From Bacteroidales bacterium (GTDB lineage Bacteria > Bacteroidota > Bacteroidia > Bacteroidales > Paludibacteraceae): 64,000 nucleotides of DNA. The notes below the pieces were generated by a model. It did no database searches and was not told where the DNA came from. It was given only the letters and a program-made list of their open reading frames with translations. The DNA is taken from assembly GCA_022777485.1 (NCBI GenBank), contig JALFGC010000051.1, positions 10,273-74,272 of the forward strand. Reading direction: 5' to 3'. A program made the position numbers and the translations under genes. Positions within the stretch are counted from its first letter, which is position 1, and each line of letters begins with the position of its first letter. Below are positions 8,689 to 19,200 of this stretch, piece after piece.

Positions 8689-9673
8689 TATTCCTATGCT
8701 CCTACAAATAGACATACCGACTCCTGCTCCGTTACCTGCTGACTCCATTCGGCAGGTAACGCAGCAGATACTTCAGCAAGCCCAGACCGACCCGCAGACT
8801 TTCTGGCAGGGGGTCTTGGATAGTGCACTGCGCTTTGGTCTCAAGGTGCTCATCGCCTTGCTCATCTATATAGTAGGGGCATGGGCTATACGCTACATAA
8901 AGAAACTACTGAATAAGGTCTTTGAGCGCCGACACACCGAGCGCACACTGGCTTCCTTCATCTCCTCTTTCGTCAGCATCTCCCTCACCGTCCTCCTCAT
9001 CCTTGCTACCATCGGCACCCTCGGTGTGGACACCACCTCCTTTGCCGCCCTGCTCACCGCCGGCGGTATGGCAATCGGTATGGCGCTCTCCGGCACCGTA
9101 CAGAACTTCGCAGGAGGTATCATGCTCCTTATCTTCCGCCCCTTCAAAGCAGGCGACTTTATCAAAGCCGGTGGCGAGTCAGGCACCGTCATGGAGGTTA
9201 CTATCGTCTCCACGAAGATTCTCACCCCCGACAACAAGGTCATCATCCTCCCTAACGGCTCCCTCTTCAGCAGCAATATCGAGAATGTCTCCGCCCAGCC
9301 CCTGCGCCGTATCGATTGGACCATTAGCGTAGAGTACGGCGTGGATGCGCAGAAGTGTATCGATGCCATTCAGGAGATACTCCATTCCGACTCCCGTATT
9401 CTCACCTCCGCCGACCCTCGCCCTGCCGTCCACGACCGCTCCGGCGTAGCAGTAAGCACCAAGACACCCATACCCGACCCCTATGTTGCCCTCGCTTCCC
9501 TCAACGAGAACGACATCTCCTTTGTCGCCAAGGCATGGGTACATACTGACGACTATTGGAATACCTTCTACGACCTCAACCTGCGCTTCTATACCGAACT
9601 GCCCCCGCAAGGCTTCGGCTTCGCCTACCCCCACATGGACATCAACATCGTCAATCCCCCCAATAAATCGTAA
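8681..9673 (+). CDS. Mechanosensitive ion channel (MscS family)
   Basis: Contains GMALSGTVQNFAGGIMLLIFRPFKAGDFIKAGGESGTVMEVTIVSTKILTPDNKVIILPNG, the MscS beta-domain signature. The ORF track starts at GTG 8630, inside the repeat. ATG 8681 is preferred. Confidence 0.85.
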   Translation: MGLIPMLLQIDIPTPAPLPADSIRQVTQQILQQAQTDPQTFWQGVLDSALRFGLKVLIALLIYIVGAWAIRYIKKLLNKVFERRHTERTLASFISSFVSISLTVLLILATIGTLGVDTTSFAALLTAGGMAIGMALSGTVQNFAGGIMLLIFRPFKAGDFIKAGGESGTVMEVTIVSTKILTPDNKVIILPNGSLFSSNIENVSAQPLRRIDWTISVEYGVDAQKCIDAIQEILHSDSRILTSADPRPAVHDRSGVAVSTKTPIPDPYVALASLNENDISFVAKAWVHTDDYWNTFYDLNLRFYTELPPQGFGFAYPHMDINIVNPPNKS

Positions 9674-9683
9674 TTCGTAAATC

Positions 9684-10736
9684 ATGGAATCTCTCTTAGG
9701 CAAGACACTGGCAGAGTTGCAGGAAGTAGCGCAGCGCGTGGGTCTTCCGAAGTTCGCGGGTAAGCAACTCGCCGAGTGGCTGTATGTCCGACGTGCCATG
9801 ACCTTTGACGAGATGACCAATATCTCTTTGAAGGGAAGAGACGCTCTCAAGCAGCACTATACCACAGGCCGCCATGCGCCCGTAGCTGAAGCCGTCTCCC
9901 AAGACGGCACCCGCAAATACCTCTTTCATATTCCCTCCCTCAGCAGGGAGGGCGAGGGAGGGTCCTACATCGAGTCCGTCTATATCCCTGATGCCGACCG
10001 TGCCACGCTCTGTGTCTCCACGCAGGCAGGCTGTAAGATGGGCTGTAAATTCTGCATGACAGGCACTTTGGGTTTCCACGGGCACTTGCCTGCTGCCGAG
10101 ATTCTCAACCAGATACTCTACTTCCCCGACCTCACCAATGTCGTCTATATGGGCGAAGGCGAGCCCATGGACAACCTCGACCATGTCCTCCGCTCGCTGC
10201 AAGTGCTCACTGCCGAGTGGGGCTGCGCATGGTCGCCCAAGCGTATCACCGTCTCCTCCGTTGGGCACCCTAACCTCCGCCGCTTCTTGGACGAGAGCGA
10301 CTGCCACCTCGCTATCTCCCTGCACAATCCCTTTGCCGCAGAGCGCCGCGAGATAATGCCCGCTGAGAAGATGTACTCCCTCTCACAAGTAGTCGCTCTC
10401 CTTAAACAATACGACTGGACGCACCAGCGCCGTATCAGTTTTGAATACATCTGCTGGCATGGGCAAAACGACACTATCCGCCATGCCAACGAACTGCTGC
10501 GCCTGCTTCGCAACCTCCCTTGCCGCGTCAACCTCATCCGCTTTCATTCCTCTCCCGACCTTGTTCGAGAGGGATTCACGGGCTCTGAAGAGAAGCATAT
10601 GGAGTGGCTTCGCGACTACCTCTCCGACCACGGTATCACCACCACTATCCGTCGCTCGCGAGGCGAGGATATCCTCGCCGCCTGCGGCATGCTGGTCAAT
10701 GCCTTGCAGTCGCAAGAGCCTACAGCAACTGATTGA
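9684..10736 (+). CDS. rlmN: 23S rRNA/tRNA (adenine-C2)-methyltransferase RlmN (radical SAM)
   Basis: Contains LPKFAGKQLAEWLY, DRATLCVSTQAGCKMGCKFCMTG, MGEGEPMDN and GEDILAACGML. Confidence 0.92.
   Translation: MESLLGKTLAELQEVAQRVGLPKFAGKQLAEWLYVRRAMTFDEMTNISLKGRDALKQHYTTGRHAPVAEAVSQDGTRKYLFHIPSLSREGEGGSYIESVYIPDADRATLCVSTQAGCKMGCKFCMTGTLGFHGHLPAAEILNQILYFPDLTNVVYMGEGEPMDNLDHVLRSLQVLTAEWGCAWSPKRITVSSVGHPNLRRFLDESDCHLAISLHNPFAAERREIMPAEKMYSLSQVVALLKQYDWTHQRRISFEYICWHGQNDTIRHANELLRLLRNLPCRVNLIRFHSSPDLVREGFTGSEEKHMEWLRDYLSDHGITTTIRRSRGEDILAACGMLVNALQSQEPTATD
9931..9969 (+). repeat. CTCCC/GGGAG element copy inside the rlmN reading frame
   Basis: The sequence is ttccctccct-cagc-agggaggg-cga-gggagggtcctaca. 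It is translated as IPSLSREGEGGSY. Confidence 0.75.
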
Positions 10737-11529
10737 GTGCGTCGTAGTACTTCGGCGACACGGGGATGGGTCTCTGCGGAGCAGCGTCTAATTCCGCGAC
10801 GATAGCCCCTTCTTTGTCTTTGCGCAACACGGTAACATGCCGTGGATTAACAAAATAGGAGCGCTGGCATCGCACGATACCCGCCCGCTGCATCAGCGGC
10901 TCAATGGCTCGCATGGTGTTCCGCAGAGAGTACTCTTTTAAGCGTTCGCCGTCTAAGTAGCAGATACTTACATAGTTCTCATCGGCTTTTATGTACAAGA
11001 TTGCTTCGGCTGAAATGACCAATTTCAGCCGTTGTGTTGCGTCTTGGAAGCGCACGAGGTTCTCCTCTTGCGCGGGATTTGTCGTGTCTCGGAAGTTGCT
11101 AAACAGGGCATTGAAAAAGAGGTAGGGCATGAGGATGGTGGTGAGGAGCAAGGACATGCACTTGCCCACATTTGGGAAGTAGTAGATACTGCCGACGGCA
11201 AGTTCGGTGTTTTTGTACATAAGTGCCATGTAAAGCCCCATGAATAGTGCCATCAAGACAATTTCGGCTAACGACCACAACACATAGTGCACCCATTTGA
11301 GGTGCAGGTACTTGCGGCATGCGACCATCGGGATACGGCTTGCGCAGAGGATACCTATGATGATACACATAAGCATGAGGGTGTTGAGCGTGAGGCGGCC
11401 TACGCCCATATCCAGATACGCGACCGTCCAAGAGGAGCGATAGATGAACACCGACACGAGGAAACAGGCCGGGATTGCCAACACATGAGTCAGCAACGAT
11501 GCGACGGAAAGAATAGAACGGGGAAGCAT
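10720..11529 (-). CDS. Membrane-anchored LytTR-domain DNA-binding protein
   Basis: About 5 N-terminal hydrophobic helices. The C-terminus is ISAEAILYIKADENYVSICYLDGERLKEYSLRNTMRAIEPLM...IVRCQRSYFVNPRHV (LytTR). Its 3' end overlaps rlmN by 17 nt (convergent). Confidence 0.8.
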   Translation of the reverse strand: MLPRSILSVASLLTHVLAIPACFLVSVFIYRSSWTVAYLDMGVGRLTLNTLMLMCIIIGILCASRIPMVACRKYLHLKWVHYVLWSLAEIVLMALFMGLYMALMYKNTELAVGSIYYFPNVGKCMSLLLTTILMPYLFFNALFSNFRDTTNPAQEENLVRFQDATQRLKLVISAEAILYIKADENYVSICYLDGERLKEYSLRNTMRAIEPLMQRAGIVRCQRSYFVNPRHVTVLRKDKEGAIVAELDAAPQRPIPVSPKYYDALNQLL

Positions 11530-11775
11530 AGGTATATTTGAAAATTTGACAATATACTATTTTACTATTAGCAGGCGGGGACACCAGCGTTATCAGTCTC
11601 AGGTAGTATGTTTCAAGTTAGATTCTTGACTAATTTTCGTCAATTCTATTGGTGGGACGAAATGGAAAAGTAGATTATTTCATCCCTAAATAGTCTTTTT
11701 AGTCATCTTTTAGTATATTTTATCAAAAATCATGCCATACAATCACTATTTGTTGTCTGAATGCAAAAAAGGGAC

Positions 11776-11783
11776 TAATTTTG
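11776..11783 (+). promoter_or_regulatory. -7 box TAATTTTG with no long ORF downstream
   Basis: Exact TAnnTTTG match in the 734-bp gap between the LytTR gene and the SGNH gene. Confidence 0.35.
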
Positions 11784-11873
11784 CAGCAGATTTTTAATTA
11801 CACGCTGCTCGGATATAGGCAATTGGCAGTATGTGCAGCGGAAAAATGTTTCACCTATAAAATAAAATGCACT

Positions 11874-11966
11874 ATGAAAAAGAATTGTTTAGTATGGAAC
11901 TTGTTGTTGGTTTTCTTGTTTCCCGTATTCGCCGTTTATGGTATGTGGCAGGAGATGAGGGAATAG
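11874..11966 (+). CDS. Possible 30-aa hydrophobic peptide (MKKNCLVWNLLLVFLFPVFAVYGMWQEMRE)
   Basis: ATG lies 91 nt downstream of the 11776 promoter box. It has a single predicted TM helix. There is no homology evidence. Confidence 0.2.
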   Translation: MKKNCLVWNLLLVFLFPVFAVYGMWQEMRE

Positions 11967-12017
11967 TAAGTTCAAGGATAGTACAAAGATAGCACAGAGG
12001 TAGCAGAATCACCTAAG

Positions 12018-12072
12018 AATCGTTAACTAATCACTAACTAATCGTTAACTAATCACTAACTAATCATTAACT
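12018..12072 (+). repeat. 11-bp tandem repeat x5 (aatcgttaact / aatcactaact alternating)
   Basis: Read directly, 55 bp. It uses the same word as the array at 31895-31949. Confidence 0.9.
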
Positions 12073-12196
12073 ATCGTCAGGTAATGATTTCGGTGCGGAT
12101 TCGGGGGAATTGAGAGTTAGAAAGTAGAGAATTAGAGGGGAGTCAGGAGGGAATTGGAGGAGAGACAGGAGAGGAGTTAGGATGGTGTATGAGGTA

Positions 12197-12234
12197 AGCA
12201 GGATGTGAGCAGGATGTGAGCAGGATGTGAGCAG
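12197..12234 (+). repeat. 11-bp tandem repeat x3.4 (agcaggatgtg) inside a C-depleted purine-rich tract
   Basis: Read directly. The surrounding tract 12103-12246 has about 7 C by my count. Confidence 0.9.
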
Positions 12235-12263
12235 AGGGAAGAGTAACGAACTGATATAATTTA

Positions 12264-12977
12264 ATGTACAGGAATATGGGAAAAAATGTTGTTTTGTTGG
12301 GCGACTCGATTGGTCGCGGTGTGGTATTGGTCAATGAGCGTTACACGCTGCTGAAAGAGGGAGTGGCGGAACTATGCGCGGAGAAATTGGGGCTGAATTT
12401 GCAGAATTTCAGCAAGATGGGTAGCACTGTGGAGCGTGGTCAGCAGGTGCTGGCGCAGCGTGAGGCAGCCATAGCGGCGGCAGATATTACGGTGCTGGAG
12501 TTTGGTGGTAATGACTCTGATTTTTGCTGGCAGGAGATAGCGGAGCGCCCTATGGATTCGCACGAGCCACGCACGCCAATAGCGCGTTTTGTAGAGGTCT
12601 ATCGCAGTATGATTCAACGAGTTAGAGCGTTAGGGAGTCGCCCTGTGATGATTTCTCTTCCGCTGATGGACGGGGAGCGGTTTGTGAATTTCCAGACGCG
12701 GGATATGACTGCGCAAGAGCGGCAGAATGTGTATGATTGGTTAGGGCATGTGGAGCGTGTGCGCAACTACCACGACATGTACAACTTGGAGTTGTTTCGG
12801 TTGGCGGCGGCGGAGCGTGTGCCGTTAGTGGATATCACTACACCGTTTTTATTAAGCCATGATTATCAGTCGAATCTGTGCGCGGATGGTATCCATCCGA
12901 ATGCAGCGGGGCATAGGATGATGGCGGAGTGGATAGCGGGGGAGACCGCGCTCCGTGCAGAAAGACCAGTTCGTTAA
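12264..12977 (+). CDS. SGNH/GDSL hydrolase family protein
   Basis: Block I is VVLLGDSIGRG, block III is FGGNDS, block V is DGIHPNAAGH. No signal peptide. Alternative start at ATG 12276. Confidence 0.82.
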   Translation: MYRNMGKNVVLLGDSIGRGVVLVNERYTLLKEGVAELCAEKLGLNLQNFSKMGSTVERGQQVLAQREAAIAAADITVLEFGGNDSDFCWQEIAERPMDSHEPRTPIARFVEVYRSMIQRVRALGSRPVMISLPLMDGERFVNFQTRDMTAQERQNVYDWLGHVERVRNYHDMYNLELFRLAAAERVPLVDITTPFLLSHDYQSNLCADGIHPNAAGHRMMAEWIAGETALRAERPVR

Positions 12978-13100
12978 CGACCTTGCTTTGCGCTTAACGA
13001 CCGTTTCACTGAACGACTGTTTTACTATTCGATGGTATCAGTCTTGCAGCGGAGCGGTCGTTTAGCGTTAATGGCGTTTCCAAAAGTGATCTTTCAGTCA
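12973..13100. repeat. Mosaic palindromic element of the GACCG..TTCGC word family
   Basis: The left side carries words aacgaccttgctttgcg, aacgaccgtttcactg and aacgactgtttt. The right side carries inverted words cagcggagcggtcgtt and related. It starts at the SGNH stop codon. Confidence 0.7.
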
Positions 13101-13170
13101 ATAGACTGGCTTTCTTAATAAATGTAATCTTTTTCGTAATGTGGTGGCTTGCGTATATGGGGAAATAGCA

Positions 13171-13178
13171 GTAATTTT
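13171..13178 (+). promoter_or_regulatory. -7 box TAATTTTG, candidate promoter of the giant surface protein gene
   Basis: Exact TAnnTTTG match, 52 nt upstream of ATG 13230 and inside the ORF-track N-terminal extension. Confidence 0.5.
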
Positions 13179-13229
13179 GCACCCGAAAATGAAAATGCTA
13201 TTTTTAGGTACAAAATACGCAATAAAGTT

Positions 13230-16200
13230 ATGAAAAATCTTAATATGAGTACATTTAAGAGAGTGTTGATTAGTGCTTGCTTGCTGCTGATGGCAGGCGT
13301 TTTGCAGGCGCAGCAGTTGCCGAATGCGAGTTTTGAGGACTGGAGCGGCGCGCAGTTTGACGGCAATATACAACCTGCGAGTTGGAATGTGAGCAACGTA
13401 ACGCAGTTTGGTTTTAAGTTTAATTTCGCTTACCGCGAAGCAGGTCATACGGGCAGTTACTGTCTGCGCGTGCAAGACCGCGAGATAGGTGCCGCTGGTA
13501 TCACAGAGGTCAGTCCGGGCTATTTCTCGTTGGGTCAGCCGTGGGTGTATATTGAGAGCCTGACGAAGGTGTCGTATGCTACGGCGGGCACGGAAGGCGG
13601 TATGAGTTTCACCTACCGCCCCGACTCAATGTCTGTGTGGATTAAGCGCACGGGCAACAACACCGATAAGGAAGATTTTTACCTGCTTTATTATGCTTGG
13701 TCGGGCACGGCTAAGAGTAGCAAGTACAAAGGCAAGAACAGCAGTTGCACCTCGGTCTCGAAGACCAACGAAGAGAGCGATATCCGTATTGCATTAGACG
13801 GGAACGAGTGCGGTACTGACCAGAAAGCCAATCAGATAGCGGAGGGTATGTGGCGCGAGCGCAAGACTTATGGGGAGTGGACGAACATCAAAGTGCCGAT
13901 TTACTACTTCAACAACGACGCGCCGACGATGATGAACATCATCTTCTCTGCGAGCAACTACCCTAACTACCGCGCGAACTCGGGTCTGTACGACGGCAAC
14001 TCGCTGTGGGTGGACGATGTGTCGCTCATCTACTCGTCGAAGATACAGAAACTCTACATTGACGATAAGGAGTGGAAAGGCTTCGACCCGAACAATACGG
14101 GCGAGCAGGTCTATTCTCTTGGTCAAAGCGCGACCACGCTGCCGAAGATAGAGGCCAAGCGCGGTATCGGTACGCTGACGAATGCGCACGGCGAGACGGC
14201 GAACTTCACGGGCAGGACGCTGAGCGGCAAGGAGATAACCATCACCAACGGCGAGATAGACGGTGCGCCGACGACGATTACCGTTCGTGCGGAAGACGGC
14301 AGTAGCACCACCACCTATAAGATAAAGTTTGTGCGTGCAGCGAGTACCAACTCGAAGTTAGCAGGCTTGTCGGTCAACGGCGAGCCGATTGCTGCTTTTA
14401 ATCCCAACACGCTGAACTACACCTATGAGTTGCCTTATGGTACGACAGATGTGCCTGTGGTGAGTGCAGATAAAGCAGAAGACGGTCAGACGGTGAGTAT
14501 CACGCAACCTACCTCCACCACGGGCAAGGCGACCGTCGTGGTAACGGCGGCGGACAAAAAGACCACCTCGACTTATACGATACAGTTCGCTGTGGCTTTG
14601 TTGTCGGACAACACGCTGAAAGACATCAAGGTAAACGGCAACTCTTTGCCCGGCTTCACGCCTACCCAGACCATCTACCGTGTGTCGCTGCCAGAGGGTA
14701 CGACCGACATGCCTGATGTAGAGGCAGTGTCGGCTTATCCCGACGGTGCGCAGACCATTGATTATTTGCCGCCCGCACAGGTAGAAGGCGGGCAGTACCA
14801 GATTTCCGTTACTACGCCCGGTAACCCCGTGGCGAAAGTGTATAAGTTGAACTTTAAGTTAGAGGCTTCTTCATACACCTACCTGGCTGATTTACAGATG
14901 GGTGGGTATATCACGGATTTTCAACCCGAAGTGCTGACCTACTATGTGAACCTGCATTTGGGAACGACCGAGTTGCCGGAGGTTACCTATGTGCCGGGCG
15001 ACCCGTATCAGACCATTACGGTGGAAGAAGGTGGGTTGGATGGCACTACTCGCGTCATCGTTACTGCTGCCAATGGCGACCAGAGTATCTATAAAATCAT
15101 TGTTAGCACTGAGAAGTCGGATGTGAAGACGCTGCAGAACATCCTCTTGGACGGTGTTCCGTTGGAGGGTTTCTCTCCCGATAAGGTGCAGTACAACGTG
15201 CAGTTGCCCATCGGTACGGAGATACTGCCGGCAATCACGGTGAAACAAGGCGATGAGTACCAGACGGTAAGCATCGTAAGCGGCGGGCTCAACGGTACCA
15301 CGCGTATCACCGTAACGGCAGGCAACGGCGAGACGATGGTCTATCAAATCACTTTCTCGGTAGAGAAAGCCACGAACAACACGCTGCGTATGATTACGCT
15401 GGATGGCGTGGACTTGGAGGGTTTCAACCCTGAGGTGGATGAATATACGATAAACCTGCCGATGGGAACTACGAAGCAGCCTGAGGTGGGCTGGACACCT
15501 AACGATGAGTACCAGACTATCAGCGTGCGCAAGGGTACTGCTATCACTGACGATGTGAAGATTACCGTGCGTCCGCAGAGCGGCACGAGCCGTACCTATA
15601 CGCTCCATTTCACGCTGGAGGTAAGCGGCAACACCGCGCTCGCGATGATTTACTTGGACGGCGACTCATTGCAGGGCTTCCATGCAGACACGCTGCACTA
15701 TACAGACACCTTGCCCGCCGGCGTGAGCGAGATGCCGGAAGTTACCTACGACAAGGGCGACGAAACGCAGAAAGTGCTGTCTATCACGGAAGGCTATGTC
15801 CATACGCTGACCGTAACCGCCCCCAGCGGTGCGAAGCAGATCTACACCATCACCTTCGTGGTGCAGAAATCGGAGAATGCTTTCCTGAAGATGATTTACT
15901 TGGACGGCGACTCGTTGCCTGATTTCGACAAGAACGTGCTTGCCTACGAGGTCGAACTTACCGCTGCTACCTGCCCTGTTATTGCGGTAGATAAAGAGAA
16001 TGGGCAACAGGTAACCATCACCACGCCCTATGGCGAGGGCACAGCGCGTATCCGTGTGCAACCCGAGCAAGGTGCTGCCAACACCTATACGATTCTCTTT
16101 AAGAAAACAGCGCAGACTGCAGTACAACTGCAAAATATCTTGCTGGATGGTGTGGCGATAGAGGACTTCTCGCCTGTTAAGACCGATTACGCGGTGGACT

Positions 16201-19200
16201 TCAAAGGCACGCGCCCCGTACTGACGTGGGTAGCCGGCGAGGGGCAGACGGTGCAACGACTGGAGAAGCAAGACACCGTGCTGCTGGTGGTGTCTGCGGG
16301 GGCGGACTATGCCACCTATACTATTGCGTTCCGCCGCACGCTGAGCAATGACGCCACCTTGGCGGCTATCTTGCTGGACAGCGTGGCATTGGCAGAGTTC
16401 GTGCCTACGAACACCAACTATACCATTAACCTGCCTGCGGGCGCAACTATGCCTGTGGTTACTTATCAGGCAGGACATCCCGCGCAGACTATCGTGATGG
16501 GCGGATTAGAGCCCATGCAGACGGGGATTACCGTGCAAGCGGAGAACGGCGCAGAAACCACCTACACGGTAACCTTTGCCGTGGCGCTCTACTCGGATGC
16601 TACGCTGGCGGACTTGCAGGTGGAGGGGCACACGCTCGGCTACCAACCGACCCAAACGGAATATACCCTCTCTCTGGACGAGGGTATGCCTATACCTGCT
16701 CTCCATTATACGGCGCGTGAAGGGCAACGCGTGGTGCTGAGCGAGCCGAACAACAACGAGCAGCGTATTACCGTTACTGCCGAGAACGAGACCACTATTA
16801 CCTATATAATAGAGTACACGCGCACGATATCAGGTAACGCGCTGTTGGCGGACATCCTATTAGACGGTGTGTCGCTGGCGGACTTTGCACCCGACCGCTT
16901 TGCATACGTGGACTCGCTTCCTATGCGCACGAAGACCATCCCGAGTGTGTTCCCTGTGGGACAGTTGCCCGGGCAGACTATCACCACCTATTTCAGCGCC
17001 CCCGACGGAGTAACGACCATCCATGTGGTAGCACCGAACGGGACAGACACGCAAGACTATACCATCGCGTTCCCCGTGCGCAAATCAAGCAACGCCGCGC
17101 TGACTGACCTGTATCTCAATAGCGATGAGGTGGAACTCCGTTTCCACCCCGACACGCTGTACTACACCGTGCTCATGCCGTATCAGGCAACGGAGGTGCC
17201 GCAGATGACCTACGAGGCATCGGCGGAGCAGACGGTGGAGGTGGTGTCGCGTCCGCTGGGCGAGGAGAGTAAACTGCGCGTGCACGCCGAGGACGGCACC
17301 GAGCGCGTCTATACCGTGCTATTCCAAAAGCAATACAGCCCGAAAGCAAACCTCTTGGACTCCATCATCGTAGAGGAGACCGGTGCTTCACTACCGGTGA
17401 ACACGCTCACGCAAACCGTCTCGCTGCCTTTTGGCACGCGCAACATGACCATTCGTTACAAGAAAGCCTTTGACGAGCAAACCGTTTGGGTGCAGTCAGG
17501 CGGTATCAACAAGCCGACCATCCTCACCGTGCAGAGCAACCGCCCCGACGAGGAAGCGGCTACCTACACGCTGACTCCTGCCGTTGCCACCCAAGACCCC
17601 GCTACGCTGACCGGTATCACTGTGGACGGCACCGCCCTTGCTGACTTCGACCACAACCGCTTCACCTATATCTGCAACCGCACTTCAGCCAATACCCCGA
17701 TGGTGTTAACCACACAAGAGAGCGGCGTACAGATGAATGTGGTAAGTGATGTGTGGCACTGGCAGGCAAAAGTCTCTGCCGAGGGCTATGAGAATACATA
17801 CACCATTTATTTCCACTATCCTAACGAAGTGTTGCCCAATGGGGAGTTTACAGAATGGACAACTACAACGTATAGCGGCGATAAGCCTGTTGGATGGAAT
17901 GCACCATCAGATTATTTAGATCAAACCTATGCAAGAAACGTATGCCAGAAATCGGGCGAATCGGAGTTAAAACTTGTTACCGCTTACAACGCAGGTTTAG
18001 GAAGTGCTTTCCCTTCTGTGGTTAATATAGCAGACATGATGGCAAATAATGCTGTTGCCGGTGGTTCGCGCGTGATGCCGTATGGCTTCATTGCTTTCCA
18101 CAATACGCCGGACAATGCCAGGATGCGTTTCTATTACAAAGCTAAAAACAGCGATGCGAGTGGGGCGTTGTTCCGATATATCTTCTATGATTCCAATGGT
18201 ACCCCGCATCCCTATGAACAGTTGGAAACAGCCAAGAGTTCCAATTATGTAGAGCGTACAATTTCTTTGCCTACAGACGGTTTATCGGTGTTAGGTTTGG
18301 ATGTTGTCATAGACCCTACGGGTATGTATCCTCAGACGAAGAGAGATTGTGAACTCTATGTCGATTACCTACGTTTCTCGTACAATAGCACGCTGACGGG
18401 CTTGAAAGTCAACGAAAAAACCGCCACAAAGTCGGGCAATGCGTTCAAGGTGCAACTGGATAGCGAAGAAACTGACCTGCCGACACTTTCGTTTGTGGGT
18501 GAGGTGAGCGACCAAGCGCAACAGATTATTTGGACAGAATATCCCGACTCGGTGGGCTGCCAGCATCGCAAAGCCACTATCATCAACTACGCCGAGGACG
18601 GCACCCATACCGACTACACGCTGACCGTCCTGCGACCGCGCAACAACACGAACATGCTTGCCGATCTCCTCGTGGATGGCGTATCGCTGGCGGGGTTCAA
18701 TGCTACCACGGTGAACTACACCCTCACCCTGCCCGCGAATAGCCCTCTACCCTCCGTGCAACCTGTGTTGGCAAATGGACTGCAAAGCGTTACTACCTCG
18801 TTCAGCAACAACGTGCTCTCTATCAAGGTTACGCCGGAGAAGGGCGGCAGTAAGACCTATAAGATTACATTCCGGCGTGTCCCCTCCAACAACACTACGT
18901 TGGCGGCGCTTGCAGGCGTGCCCGATTTCGCTGCCGACACCCGCGACTACACGATCAACGCCGATGCTATGCCTGCTTTGCACTTCACCAAGCATAGCGA
19001 CGCACAGACGGCGGTACTGACGCGCCCTACTGCGGACACGGCAATTATTACGGTTACGGCGGAAGACGGCATCTCAAAAGGCACCTACACCATTACTTTG
19101 CAGCGACCCACGCCTACTACCAGCGGACAAATCAAAGACATGAATGTGAACGGCAGACCGTGGACGGATTTCTCTTCCACCAAATACGACTACACCCTCT

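Noticed and set aside
12018-12072. Tandem arrays (also 31895-31949 and 55188-55242) considered as CRISPR arrays
   Set aside because: The units are 11 bp and directly abutting with no spacers. No cas genes are in the window.
13149-13229. ORF-track N-terminal extension of the giant protein (MRIWGNSSNFAPENEN...)
   Set aside because: The extension contains the TAATTTTG promoter box. A textbook signal peptide begins at ATG 13230.
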